In this document: positions 51,711 to 64,000 of the stretch, piece by piece
Numbering within the stretch: position 1 is the first letter of the stretch
Layout of the letters: every line of letters begins with the position of its first letter
From: Octopus bimaculoides
Lineage: Eukaryota
NCBI RefSeq assembly: GCF_001194135.2
Contig: NC_069002.1
Coordinates: 2,254,616-2,318,615 of the forward strand
Direction of reading: 5' to 3'
Length of the DNA: 64,000 nucleotides
Notes under the pieces: generated by a model
What the model was told of the DNA's origin: nothing
The model's database searches: none
The model's input: the letters and a program-made list of their open reading frames with translations, nothing else
Made by a program: the position numbers and the translations under genes

Positions 51711-53634
51711 GGAATAAAATGCCATTAAAACGCAATCTACGTCAATCGAAAATAAATAGCATTTAGACCATTATAGAGTCTTAACGGATATATTGTCATA
51801 AGTGTTTTAACAAAAACAAACAATGAACACAAAATAATGTAAATCAGTGAAGTCTATATCTTTGATATTGTCCCGTTCGGTGGATATTTTACTTTTCCTC
51901 CATTTTAAAGTCTCACAACTATTTTAAGATAACTAATGTGTTAGTTCCTTTATTGCAGCGTTCACTTGGTGGTTTTGGTGTGTGTGTGTTTATTTTTAAT
52001 ATATTTAAGTACATTTTAATTCAAAAGAGTTCATTTCAAGTCTGATCTTTTTATTAACAATGAATTGGAAATATGTAAACATTCCGTTTAGAAGTTGTAT
52101 TATTTTTTTAAGAAAACAATTATTTGTCTTTGTTCTCTGTGTCATCCATTTTTTTCCATCGTTTAGAATTTAGCCTTTGAAATAAATGCCTGTTATAAGC
52201 GGTCAGACGGTAAGAAGTGTATTGAAAATAAAAGCGGTATTCGCAATACACAAATATATGTGAAATACGTACTGACGTAAACAGCCCTGTAGACTCATTC
52301 CTATAAAGTGACACACACAAGAACACACACACGCACACACACACACACAGAAACACACTACACACACGCACTCGCACACAGAAACACACACATATGTATA
52401 CATCTAAATGTATGTGAAACCACATTTCTTTCATTCCCTGAGCATGTGCTAATACTTTACATGTACCGCGTCCCAACGTTGTTGTTTTTTGTGCATATTC
52501 TTCGTTTTCTAGGGATTTATATATATATATATATATATATATTTCAGCAATAATGATAAAAGGATTACTACAAAGTTGCGTAGTGCTAAATTTAATTCTT
52601 TGTATATATAAATATGTATGATATTAAGTCAAAATATATGGATGCAATTAATAAGGTAGTACTCACAAAAAAGCCCCTTAAAGTATCATCCCAGAAAACA
52701 TATTACGATAAAAGAGGAAACGAAAAGGAGGGTATAAAGTTAATTGTTTGTATTAATGTACACACGTAAGTAGTTTATTTATTATCAAATATAATAAAAG
52801 AAATTATCTTTACATGCTTTGTATTACGAAACAAATATACGGTACATGGAGGAATTGAAAACGAGAGATGGAGAACAAAAAAAATAAGCAAATCGGGGAA
52901 AAAAGAAAAGACAAAAAAAGACGAAGGAAAATGAAGAAAAGAAAAACGAAAAGTAGTGGTACTACTTTTGTATATGTAAGAATTTGTTTCATGAATAATT
53001 CATGAGACGTGAGTAGTATTTGGAATAGAAATGTGATGAATGTCACCTACTGGAGGGCAATGCTAGTTACGGTATTACAATATGAAATATGTTTCATTTA
53101 TCTTTATAAATTTTGAGCAGTCTTCGCTCCTATAAATGAATATTTATTTTCATGTGTGCAGAAGACGTTCAACCCTCCTTTCATATTTGCTTAAGGAGAG
53201 TGCCTGTGTGTGTTTAGTGTCTATCTATTTATCTATCTAAATCAAGTTTACAGTACACATTATATTCCCAATCAAGTATTCAAAATATACTAAACGTGCT
53301 CCGAGCAATTCCATACTGAGTTTCTGCGACTAAAGTGCAGTACCATGGATGACGCCTGGTAGCCATTGTTGGTGAACTTGCTCTCAAGGCATACTGCTAG
53401 TAGCATACACAAAAGAAGGTTTGGAGACTACATTTTAAAGACCCCTATCTAAATTTTAATTTCAACATAACCTCTCTCTCCCTAGGCATTTATCCATAAC
53501 CTCACACACACACACACACACACATACAATATATATATATATAAATATAAACATATTTATTTATATAAGGGCATTACTATACATGAATTCCTCACGCTAA
53601 GAGGGACTACACATACACACTCGTACACACACGC

Positions 53635-53695
<61 letters not shown>

Positions 53696-54456
53696 CATAT
53701 ATATANNNNNNNNNNNNNNNNNNNNNNNNNNNNNNNNNNNNNNNNNNNNNNNNNNNNNNNNNNNNNNNNNNNNNNNNNNNNNNNNNNNATATATATATAT
53801 ATATATATACACATATATATACGTATGTGTCTAAAAAAATTCTTAACTATGAAATTATATAGAAACTATTTTTCTATTTCTCCCGTCAGCATCATTCTAT
53901 ATGCCTATCAAAATAATTTTAACGTCAATACTATATCTTGCCGTCGAGCTATCATTCATATATTCTAGACGTTACCAGAACCGGTTTCTATTTAAACTTA
54001 TCGTCCTCCATCTCCATAACCTTTTGCTAACACACTTTACTACCTGTTGCAAACACCTGTTGCACCATAGGCAGGCAAATAATTAGCTCAAACGCAGCAT
54101 CTGAGGGAAAGATCAAACACGTCGTAACGAACTGTAAAAGTCGACGGAGTCTTAATTAATAATGTACAAGCACTTTTTTTTTATAGTTCATACCATTTTG
54201 TTTAACTGTATTGTTTTCTATGAAGCTGGGTACTATTCGCCATGCTTGTAGTCACTGACAAATTTCTTCTTATTTCGTTTTTTTTTCTTTTTAATATTGC
54301 TCTTCTTGTTGTTGTCGTTGATAATTTCAGTTATGTTGCTATGTTGCTTTTCATTAAATTATGTTGATCATTGTTTTATTGTTTTTGTGCCTAGTTTCAA
54401 TCGTGAGTTCAAATACTATTTTTTCAGATCATATCACATTCCTTTTCACACACACA

Positions 54457-54538
<82 letters not shown>

Positions 54539-54618
54539 NNNNNNNNNNNNNNNNNNNNNNNNNNNNNNNNNNNNNNNNNATATATATAATTACATATATG
54601 TGAGTGTGTGTGTGGTGG

Positions 54619-54661
<43 letters not shown>

Positions 54662-54761
54662 ATACGATGGGATTCTTTCAATTTCAGTGGGGCTGAACCC
54701 GGATCCATGTGACGAAACATGATTCTAACCTCAAACCCACAACCAGAATAATATAAATAAT

Positions 54762-55160
54762 AGAACAGCACAACAGCTAGATGAGAGCTTGCAGGAATGC
54801 GAAATACCCAGCCGGATGACAAAGGGAAGACAGTGTTAAGTGTCAAGTATCCTGGAAAGGGCTATGCTGCAGCTAACTTTCTACCAATAACGTGTCTTCC
54901 GCTAACGTTGAGACTATTGCTAAGCATTTTGGCTGGTGAACTGATAGATACTATGAAGAGAGTGGACTGCTACTTATGGAACAGAGAAGGTGCCGAAGGA
55001 GAAGATGGGGAATGAAAAATCAGCTGTTAATCGATAATCTAAATATCAGGAAATGAAAGAAAAGACATATACCTGAGCATGGCATGGATTGACTATCGTA
55101 AAGCACAGGATATTATACCACACTCCTGTGTAACAAGAAGAATGGAAATGTATGGAGTAG
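54762..55160 (+). mobile_element. R4/Dong-clade reverse transcriptase fragment
   Basis: RTAQQLDESLQECEIPSRMTKGR/TVLSVKYPGKGYAAANFLPITCLPLTLRLLLSILAGELIDTM...KNQLLIDN...LSMAWIDYRKAQDIIPHS...MEMYGV. This matches the R4/Dong RT pattern WMT.GRTVL..K......NYRPITCLP...KLL..I...KDQLLID...LSMAWIDY.KAYD.VPHSW. Confidence 0.85.
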
Positions 55161-55893
55161 CATGTGGAGTAGCCTGGGAAATTGCTTACTTGATATTAAA
55201 TTTCAAACTGTATCACATGAGTAAAGATCTACTTTTCATTTCTTTGTATTATAACTAATTCTATTCTTGACTGCAATATTGAATATACTCAACATTTCAC
55301 TTATCGATGACTGGGAAATCGTATGACAGGTTTTCTTATGATTTATCCTTGCTATTTAAAAGAAATTCACTTCTTTTAGATCTTCTTCCTCTGTGCATAA
55401 TACATCATGCGTTACTAGCTTTCTTCCTGCAATCCTCTGTTATTTTGAAAGTAAATCTGGCTGTCAAAGTGGTCATAAATCCTGATGGTCTTGTCAATCA
55501 CATCTGCCTACTAGTGTCCGGAAAAAATTCTGATATTCGGAACACCGCTATGAATGCGACGTGACACATTGACTGCTATGTCTAGTAGAGTTAACGATGC
55601 GTACGGCCCTTGCTTACGTTCAAAAGATAGACAAGTTTGTTTTTTTTTATAAATAAGAAGATAAGTAAAATAACAAGCAAAAACTTGTATAACGTTCAGA
55701 TGATCATGTATTATTTATTTCTTGAAGGGATGGCACAACATGAAGACAGAAATTAAGAAAGAATATAAGATAGAGGCAATCAAAAAGATACATCAAAAGA
55801 TGTTGTTTCTTTAGTAGAAGAGTTAATGTAATGGGGTGATGCGCAAGTATTTGTGCGAGCGCGGGAACCTGTATGTATATGCATACAAGTATA

Positions 55894-55936
<43 letters not shown>

Positions 55937-56904
55937 NNNNNNNNNNNNNNNNNNNNNNNNNNNNNNNNNNNNNNNNNNNNNNNNNNNNNNNNNNNNNNNN
56001 NNNNNNNNNNNNNNNNNNNNNNNNNNNNNNNNNNNNNNNNNNNNNNNNNNNNNNNNNNNNNNNNNNNNNNNNNNNNNNNNNNNNNNNNNNNNNNNNNNNN
56101 NNNNNNNNNNNNNNNNNNNNNNNNNNNNNNNNNNNNNNNNNNNNNNNNNNNNNNNNNNNNNNNNNNNNNNNNNNNNNNNNNNNNNNNNNNNNNNNNNNNN
56201 NNNNNNNNNNNNNNNNNNNNNNNNNNNNNNNNNNNNNNNNNNNNNNNNNNNNNNNNNNNNNNNNNNNNNNNNNNNNNNNNNNNNNNNNNNNNNNNNNNNN
56301 NNNNNNNNNNNNNNNNNNNNNNNNNNNNNNNNNNNNNNNNNNNNNNNNNNNNNNNATATATATATATATATATATATATATAGCTATAGATACATATACA
56401 TATGAATGCATACTTTTATGCAGGTATCTTGTAATAACGGTGTGGGGTCGCATGTGTGGGGTCGCATGTGTAGGGTTGCCTGTGCGGGTGTGACTGTGCG
56501 TGTTTGTATTCATGCGTGTATGTGGGCATGTGTCGTTTCAGATTTGGTGTTTTGTTTGTGTTTATGTTTATGTTAAATGATATTTGTCATTTGGATAAAG
56601 AAAAGCAATATATATTTTTTTTCTTTTGATCTCTAATAGAAAAAAAGAAAACTATAAACAATATAAAATGTATACTTCAAGAGCAACAGCGAGAACAACA
56701 TTACAAATAACCGCTTTACAATAACAAGAAGAAGCTATTTGCTTAAATTCGAAAATATATGTAAATAAGAAATTCCACCAAAAAATAAGGAAAAATTTAA
56801 TAGGAATATTACCTTATAGAACAGAATAAAACAGATTTACAAGCGCAGTTTATTACAGAGGGGAATCACTTTGAACAAAATTTCTGCTTAGTTTGTTTTT
56901 CACT

Positions 56905-57290
56905 AGATTTAGACTAAACTGGTATGTTGATTTCAAAATTACTTTGGTCAAATTTCAGGGAATTGGTCCACATAACTGTGCTGGAACTGCATTTTTACAC
57001 TCATGTTACATCCCAGTGCACGGAAACTGGTTAACAGGGTCTGTACAAGTTTCTCATAATTTGATGACTTCCCGTTTCCAAGGAAAGTGGTTATAACTGA
57101 AGCAAAAGCATTCTATGCTTCAACGCCTGACATGGTCTCCAAACATTGCACGTCCTGCAATAGCGACATCATCTGTGACTCCTCAAATCGGGCAAACTTA
57201 AGTTCTCTCACACTACAAAGTTGAAGACTAATACATTTCTATATTTAAGAGATATTTGTCCTCAAATTCCACGAATATGAAATATGTATG
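56905..57290 (-). mobile_element. Chapaev-like (CMC superfamily) DNA transposase C-terminal fragment
   Basis: Minus strand, one frame: ELKFARFEESQMMSLLQDVQCLETMSGVEA*NAFASVITTFLGNGKSSNYEKLVQTLLTSFRALGCNMSVKMQFQHSYVDQFPEI. This matches the conserved block KIKEGIF.GPQIR.L...AW..F..V...FLGN.K..NY..LV..LL..F..LGCNMS.K.HFLHSHLD.FPEN. The superfamily assignment is from memory. Confidence 0.75.
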
Positions 57291-58344
57291 ACGTCAAGGG
57301 CCAGAGAAATATGTTGTTTATTCGCAAATAATTGTATAAAGAAAATTTCTGTCATTTTCAGGAAATTTAAAACTGGCTGCATTGAATATAGTAAAAGACA
57401 CTCAAGATTGTTGCTTCTTTATTTACTGAAGATTCTTAAATCATAACTTTTGCTTTCCCTTTTGTGGTTGCGTTTACTTTAAATGATATTGAAAAGCTGT
57501 TTCAGAGCTATGTCGAGCTCCATATACCGGCCTGTATTTGATGAAGTCGAATTTATCCTTAGAAGTGAAGATAATCCGGGAATTGTTTCAAAAATGAGCT
57601 TCTGAAAAAATCCTGACGTAATAGATCAAAATGAATTTCATTTGTGAATTCAGCGGCCTCGAGTTTATCAGGAAACACACATACACACATACATATATGT
57701 ATGTATATATACTTGTATATATGCTTGTATGCATATACATCGATGCATATACATCGATGTTCAAGTGAGTAAATCCATGCTTAAACTCACATTTTCACCC
57801 GCATACATAAAATATGTGTGTGTGTACCTGTCTATATATAGATATACATATATAAATGCATACACACATACATATATATATATATATAAATGCATACACA
57901 CATACATATATAGTGATTCGTTCTAGCGCTCTTCAACGTAGGAGGGGAATATTTTTAGTGGGTTAGCTCCACATTATCATTATAACTCGTCATACGAATG
58001 GGAATTCCTCGCTTTTGAATTTTCTTTTGTTTTGATGCACGAATTTATATATTGCCACAACGCTGTTGTTTTATGTTGAAACCGTTTTGTTATGAGCTAA
58101 ACCATAGATTGAATTTATTGAAAAGAACTGTCATAAGAGAAACATATCCTCTGTTTGTTTGTCTCTAGCGTACATTTTTGAAATGAAGTAAATGTCCTAT
58201 ATTCATATTTGCTCAGCCTAATCGGTTCCTTACTCAAAGCTCTTGTTGATAGTTTTCCGCTTTCGTTACTCCATGTATATCGTCAATAACTTCTTTGTTT
58301 TTTATTCCTCACTACCCATTTAAGCCGGTAAGCTGACAATCACT

Positions 58345-58480
58345 TCAGATGGTTAGCTTTCAGAAATATTGGCACGTCGTACAAAATACCTCGCAGCATT
58401 ACGTTCGCGTTCACATTTTGAGTCCAAATTCCACCGAGGTCACCTTTGCCTCACATCCTTTTGGAGTTGAGGATGTCAGT
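58345..58480 (+). mobile_element. SINE family A
   Basis: ttggcacgtcgtacaaaatacc...ttttgagtccaaattccaccgaggtcacctttgcctcacatccttttggagttga. Confidence 0.75.
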
Positions 58481-58648
58481 ATACTCAAGTATACCGATAT
58501 GATAATTTGTATTATATTGATATAATACAGATCACTTATACATATATACATACGTGCAGTCATACCCACACATACACACGTACGCACACACACATACACA
58601 TACATATATATATATATAAGTACATAAATACACACATATATATAAATG

Positions 58649-58685
<37 letters not shown>

Positions 58686-58854
58686 NNNNNNNNNNTATAT
58701 ATATATACGCACACACACACACACACAAATACATTATCAAGATGTAATACCACTGAAATACCACTGCTCTATTCAACACTTCAACACACTAATCGACATA
58801 TACAATTAGTCCAAAATATTTAAATATATATAGATACATAAGCACACACGCACA

Positions 58855-58894
<40 letters not shown>

Positions 58895-59226
58895 CACGCA
58901 GAGATACAACGAAAGAGATATCGATATATACTTGTATTAATAAAGATATTGATATATACGTGTGTTAATAAATCTGTGTATCTATCAGATACACAGATAG
59001 ATAACAGATAAATAGCTAGAGATAGGTAGATGTATAAGTAGGTAGGTAAATATATAGACTGTAAAGATTCATTCTGCACGTTAGCTTTCAACATTGGATT
59101 AAAGCATTTTAAACTTTATTTCTCTAAGGACGTTTTTTGTCCCGAAAATTTAATTTAAAGTAATCTTTGTCAGCTTTCTCATTAATTTTATATGTATTTG
59201 TCCATCTATATTGCCATACATAAGTA

Positions 59227-59267
<41 letters not shown>

Positions 59268-59790
59268 TTCTATATCTGTATACATATATGTGTGTGTGTG
59301 TGTATTTGTGTGTGTGCATGGAGACGTACGTACGTTAATACCTACATACACAATTTATATTTGTATGCAATTAAACTTGCATCCGCCTTCCGTTCGAATG
59401 CATGGAATATTTATTAATAAAAGGTATATAGAAATGCACTGTAATTTTTAGATTCAAATTGATTAATATTTATTGCCTATATGTTGCAAATTTATCAACA
59501 GTTTTCGGTTTGTTTTTAGAAACCTGAAAAAATATATACCTTAATATACATACGCGTAACCTCTCTTAAGATATGGAATGCATGCATTAATCATTGATGC
59601 ATATTTATCTGCTCGTATGGAGTAATATTATTATTTTTGCCCATATATGCCTTCACGCATGTTTTCATTCTTAAATTTCTTGTAAAGCTATACGCAAACT
59701 CTACGGAGTTATTGTTAACCATTTCTTTCGTTCATGGACATATATACACACACATATATATATAATCATTCATATCCATGTAGAAATATA

Positions 59791-59835
<45 letters not shown>

Positions 59836-60346
59836 GTATAGATATAAGCAATAATATATTTATATTTTGACTTTTCCACTAGCTTCTTTGCATTGAAATT
59901 TATGAATTTCGTTTTCTATAAACCTAAGTGATAGAATTAGACAGGAAATTATGGTAGGCAGGTTCATGAATTTCATAGAATTTTAGATTTGGCGGATTTT
60001 CGAAAACACACTTGTTGTTGTTGCTACTGTGGAATATATTTAATTGTGATTAATGTGCTGCGATAAAACGAAACGCATTTTGTATATTTGACGTCGTTTA
60101 AACTTCAATTTCATTCAAATTACCATGAAATCATCATAATTGCCACTTCGTATTCCTACACTACTGCCGAAGATATTTAAGTGCAATATTACGGCTGCTT
60201 ATTAAAGCAGTTTGATCATTTTCTTAGATATCGTATCTAAGCTCATTGGATTCCGTTATTTCCTCCCTAAATTTCCTATTCAGAGCATTCTTTACTAATT
60301 TGTCTCATGATTTAATTAGTGTGGGCATTTTCAGGGATCGACATTT

Positions 60347-60532
60347 GTGAGTAATATTTCTTCTTACTTTTGCAACTTCATCGACTTCAAAAAGACATTT
60401 GACCATGTTTCGTACGTTGAGATATGGCAGGTGATGAAGAATTACAATTTCGACAAAGACCTCATCGATGTCATCCGAGCACTATATGAATATTCAAGCA
60501 GTGCAGCTTTCCTGAGAAATGAATATAATTAA
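60347..60532 (+). mobile_element. RTE-clade LINE RT internal fragment
   Basis: ORF YFCNFIDFKKTFDHVSYVEIWQVMKNYNFDKDLIDVIRALYEYSSSAAFL matches RT motif ..NFIDFKKAFD.V....LW..L..F.I...L...I..LY..S.SAV.L. Confidence 0.8.
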
Positions 60533-62006
60533 TTATAGTAATAGTATCGTTGCCTAGGAAAAGTGAACTAGAACGTAATAAGCGGGCGCAGAATGCTAGA
60601 ATATTCATAAGTATTGAACCTGGTGAAATACAGAACAAGCAGTACTTAAGACTGGAAAAGTAGAGAACACGAAAATATGCTTAAAATATTGGTGGCTGAG
60701 TTACAATTTGAAAGCTAAAATAGTAATAAATCTCCTTTTATGTATCTTTTTTTTTTAGTGGGCATCTATTTTCAATTTTAGTGAAACGAGAATTTGTCTG
60801 CATGTTTACACATTAAAAATTTATTACTACAAATTTAGTGCTTTCTATATTTAAAAAATCGCATAATAGCAATTTAAGCAAAATTGATAAAATATCATAA
60901 CCCCTAAGTTTTTTTCAAAAAGCTAAAAAGTCATTTCTACATTTTGCACTCAATTTGCTAAATAGCTTTCATTGTTTGAAATATTCTTTTCACTGTAAAT
61001 AGAAAAGACTTTGTTATCTGATAATGTATACTATAAAGAAATTAATTCTTTTGTTTCTGAATCCTTTTAGCTCTTTTACTCTAATTTTTGAACTACATAT
61101 GTTGTACGTGCATTTAATTTTAACGCAATATACGTGATTTAAAATCTTTGGATAATGAGTTTTGCTAAGAAAATATATTAGTAAAATAATATAATACTAA
61201 ATAGAAATTCTTAAATAGAAGCTATTTAATTACAAAAAAAAAAAAAATTGCAACAATATGCAAAACCATATAAAGACAAAGCAAGGCATAAGCTTTTTGA
61301 TGAACACTTTCCGAAATTTATGTTATAGATTCTAACATCGGGAACAATAATTTAAGTATTTTCTTTCTTGTCCTGTACTCCACCAGATTCAACACTTGAA
61401 AATATTCTAGCACTCTGCGCCTGCATTTTTCATTCTAGCACGCTTATATATATGTATATATACATATGTGTGTGTGTATGTATGTAAGTGTATACACATA
61501 GATGTATATAGACATATATTCATCCATACATGTGCAGGGAAAGAGTGAGAGACACCTGATATATATGTATATATATATATATAAAGGAAATTCTTAATTG
61601 CGTCTGATTGTGTATATGTGCGTCTGTGAACACAAGTTTCTCTGTGGGAGATCATGCAGTCTACTGTAGCTCTGCATATCTTTCAAATGCAGACAGAGTT
61701 GCAATAGTGAATTGTTTTGAAGAGAATAATAGCTGCTTATACATTGTATATCATTGCTTCGGGGCAATTTTCAAATTTAAATATTAATGGGTAGGTACAA
61801 TTGATATTTGAAATAGATATGCTACCTAAAAATATAGTTAGTTTATATGTCTGTGTGTATGTATATCTATTTACCTATACATATATATCTCAAAACACAG
61901 AATAATGTGGATAAAAATGTATAAAGTGATATTGAATTTAAGAAACATTGCATAAAGACAAACAGAACAACAAAGACAATATGTCGCAGTAGCACACACA
62001 CACACA

Positions 62007-62093
<87 letters not shown>

Positions 62094-62529
62094 CAATTTA
62101 TTGATGTCGATCTGTTTTGTGCTACATTGCTATTTTATGTATGCACCTGAACATATACTTATAGGAAATAAACTAACTGTACGTACACATACATCCAAAC
62201 GAATATATGTATTGGANNNNNNNNNNNNNNNNNNNNNNNNNNNNNNNNNNNNNNNNNNNNNNNNNNNNNNNNNNNNNNNNNNNNNNNNNNNNNNNNNNNN
62301 NNNNNNNNNNNNNNNNNNNNNNNNNNNNNNNNNNNNNNNNNNNNNNNNNNNNNNNNNNNNNNNNNNNNNNNNNNNNNNNNNNNNNNNNNNNNNNNNNNNN
62401 NNNNNNNNNNNNNNNNNNNNNNNNNNNNNNATAATATATATATATATATATGTGTGTGCGCGCGCGCGCGTGTGTGTGTATACGCAGCGGGATGAGAGTG
62501 CGAGAGAGAGTTAGAGAGAGCGAGAGTTT

Positions 62530-62563
<34 letters not shown>

Positions 62564-62719
62564 GAGAAAGAAGCTAGTAAAGATACTGAGATGTAGAGAG
62601 AACCAGAGAGGGGGAGAAAATATCAGTGGGCTGGTGAACCGTGTTCCATATAAAAAAATAACTAAATATTCCCAATAAATACATCGATTTCTTTATTGAA
62701 TCAGGTAAAGGACCGAAAT

Positions 62720-63180
62720 ACGCCATTGTTTCCTGTTACTCTAAAGTGCTCACCACTCCTTCTGATCACTTTCTTTCCCTACCTGTCTTCATTACCCGAT
62801 TCTCACTCTCTCTCTCTCTCTCCCTCTTTCCATTTCTCTCTTTCTCTGTCTTACCCTCTCGCCCGCCTTTTCGTTTTCTTTCCTACTCTGTCCAAATGTC
62901 TTGCGTCTTGTTCATGTTTTCTTTTAATTTTATTGATATTTGTTTCTTTATATATACGTATTCCTTATACCGTTATCGATATGATTTTAAAGAATTCTTT
63001 TGTTTTTTTTTTTGTTTTTGTAATACCAATCGCTATTCTGTCTTTTCTTTATCTTTTCTTCATTCTTTCCACAATTTCTTCTTTTTCTACGTTCTTCCCG
63101 TCCAACCCTCTCTATTTTGCATTTCTTTAAATGTTTTTCTTGTTAATCTTGCTTCTTTTCTCAGTTTGTTTCAAATTTCA
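62720..63180 (+). repeat. Polypyrimidine (CT-rich) low-complexity tract
   Basis: Direct observation. Confidence 0.85.
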
Positions 63181-64000
63181 TTTATCGACCCGATTTCAAA
63201 CGATATTATAATAGATTAAATACAATTGTATAGAATTTCACGTCAGCCATTTCATTCTCGTGAGAGCAATGCATATGACATACATCACAGGCAAGCATAA
63301 ACCTGACGCAGACATACATAAACATACAACTCGTCAATACAAGAGTATATGCATACGGAATTTCGATATGGAAGTCCTAGTCGTACCGTTGAACCATATC
63401 ATGTATCTTGATTTCATTGCAAATAACCATGTTGCATCATTTCGAAATTAAGCGGAAGACTCTATGGGGTGAGCGGAAAACACGGGAAATCTTCAGAGAA
63501 TGAACACCCGCCAAACAAGTGTTTCGTTCTGTTAGATCCTGACCATTGAAAGGAGTCGGGCCCACCTTGGTGGTGGCTCCTATGTGTTCAGATGCATACA
63601 AATATGACCTGATTAATTGTCAGTCACACAAACTAGTGAATGTGTGTGAGTATGTACGAGTGTTTGTGTTTGTGTGAGTGTGTATGTGTTCGTGGGAATG
63701 TGTGTTTACATGTATATATGGTTATGTATGTGTGTGTGTATAATTTTCTGTGAGCATATGTGTATATGTATATCTGTGTTTATATATTAAAACACGTGTA
63801 CAGACGTCATTCAATTTATACCTTAACTCCTAATAAATGTAGGCATTTAAACTTCCATGATTATTCACATTGAACCATATTCGTTGCCTTATTGAGGGCG
63901 GAGAGGCTGCTTTTTTCCCTCAACCATTATTCACCGGCCATAATCTCTCTCCAACCTTTCTCTCTCTGTCTATACCCATAAATATAAATGTATACACACA

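Overview
Very AT-rich, microsatellite-saturated eukaryotic DNA from a short-read draft assembly (10 N-gaps, about 3.2 kb). The SINE families and repeat landscape look like an octopus/coleoid cephalopod genome; this is my recognition from memory, not a database result. I find no intact, recognisable protein-coding gene. Nearly all ORF-track entries are translations of simple repeats or N-runs. What the sequence supports is a transposon graveyard: more than 20 tRNA-derived SINE copies or fragments, several RTE-type LINE remnants, two R4/Dong-type RT fragments, an internally inverted mariner, a Chapaev-like transposase fragment and two heavily decayed hAT remnants. The most interesting unexplained items are a GC-rich multi-hairpin island with partial HDV-ribozyme-like features (26005-26165), the mariner inversion with microhomology at both junctions, and a few exon-like segments including a 9-nt microexon candidate. 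I see no convincing novel multi-gene system.
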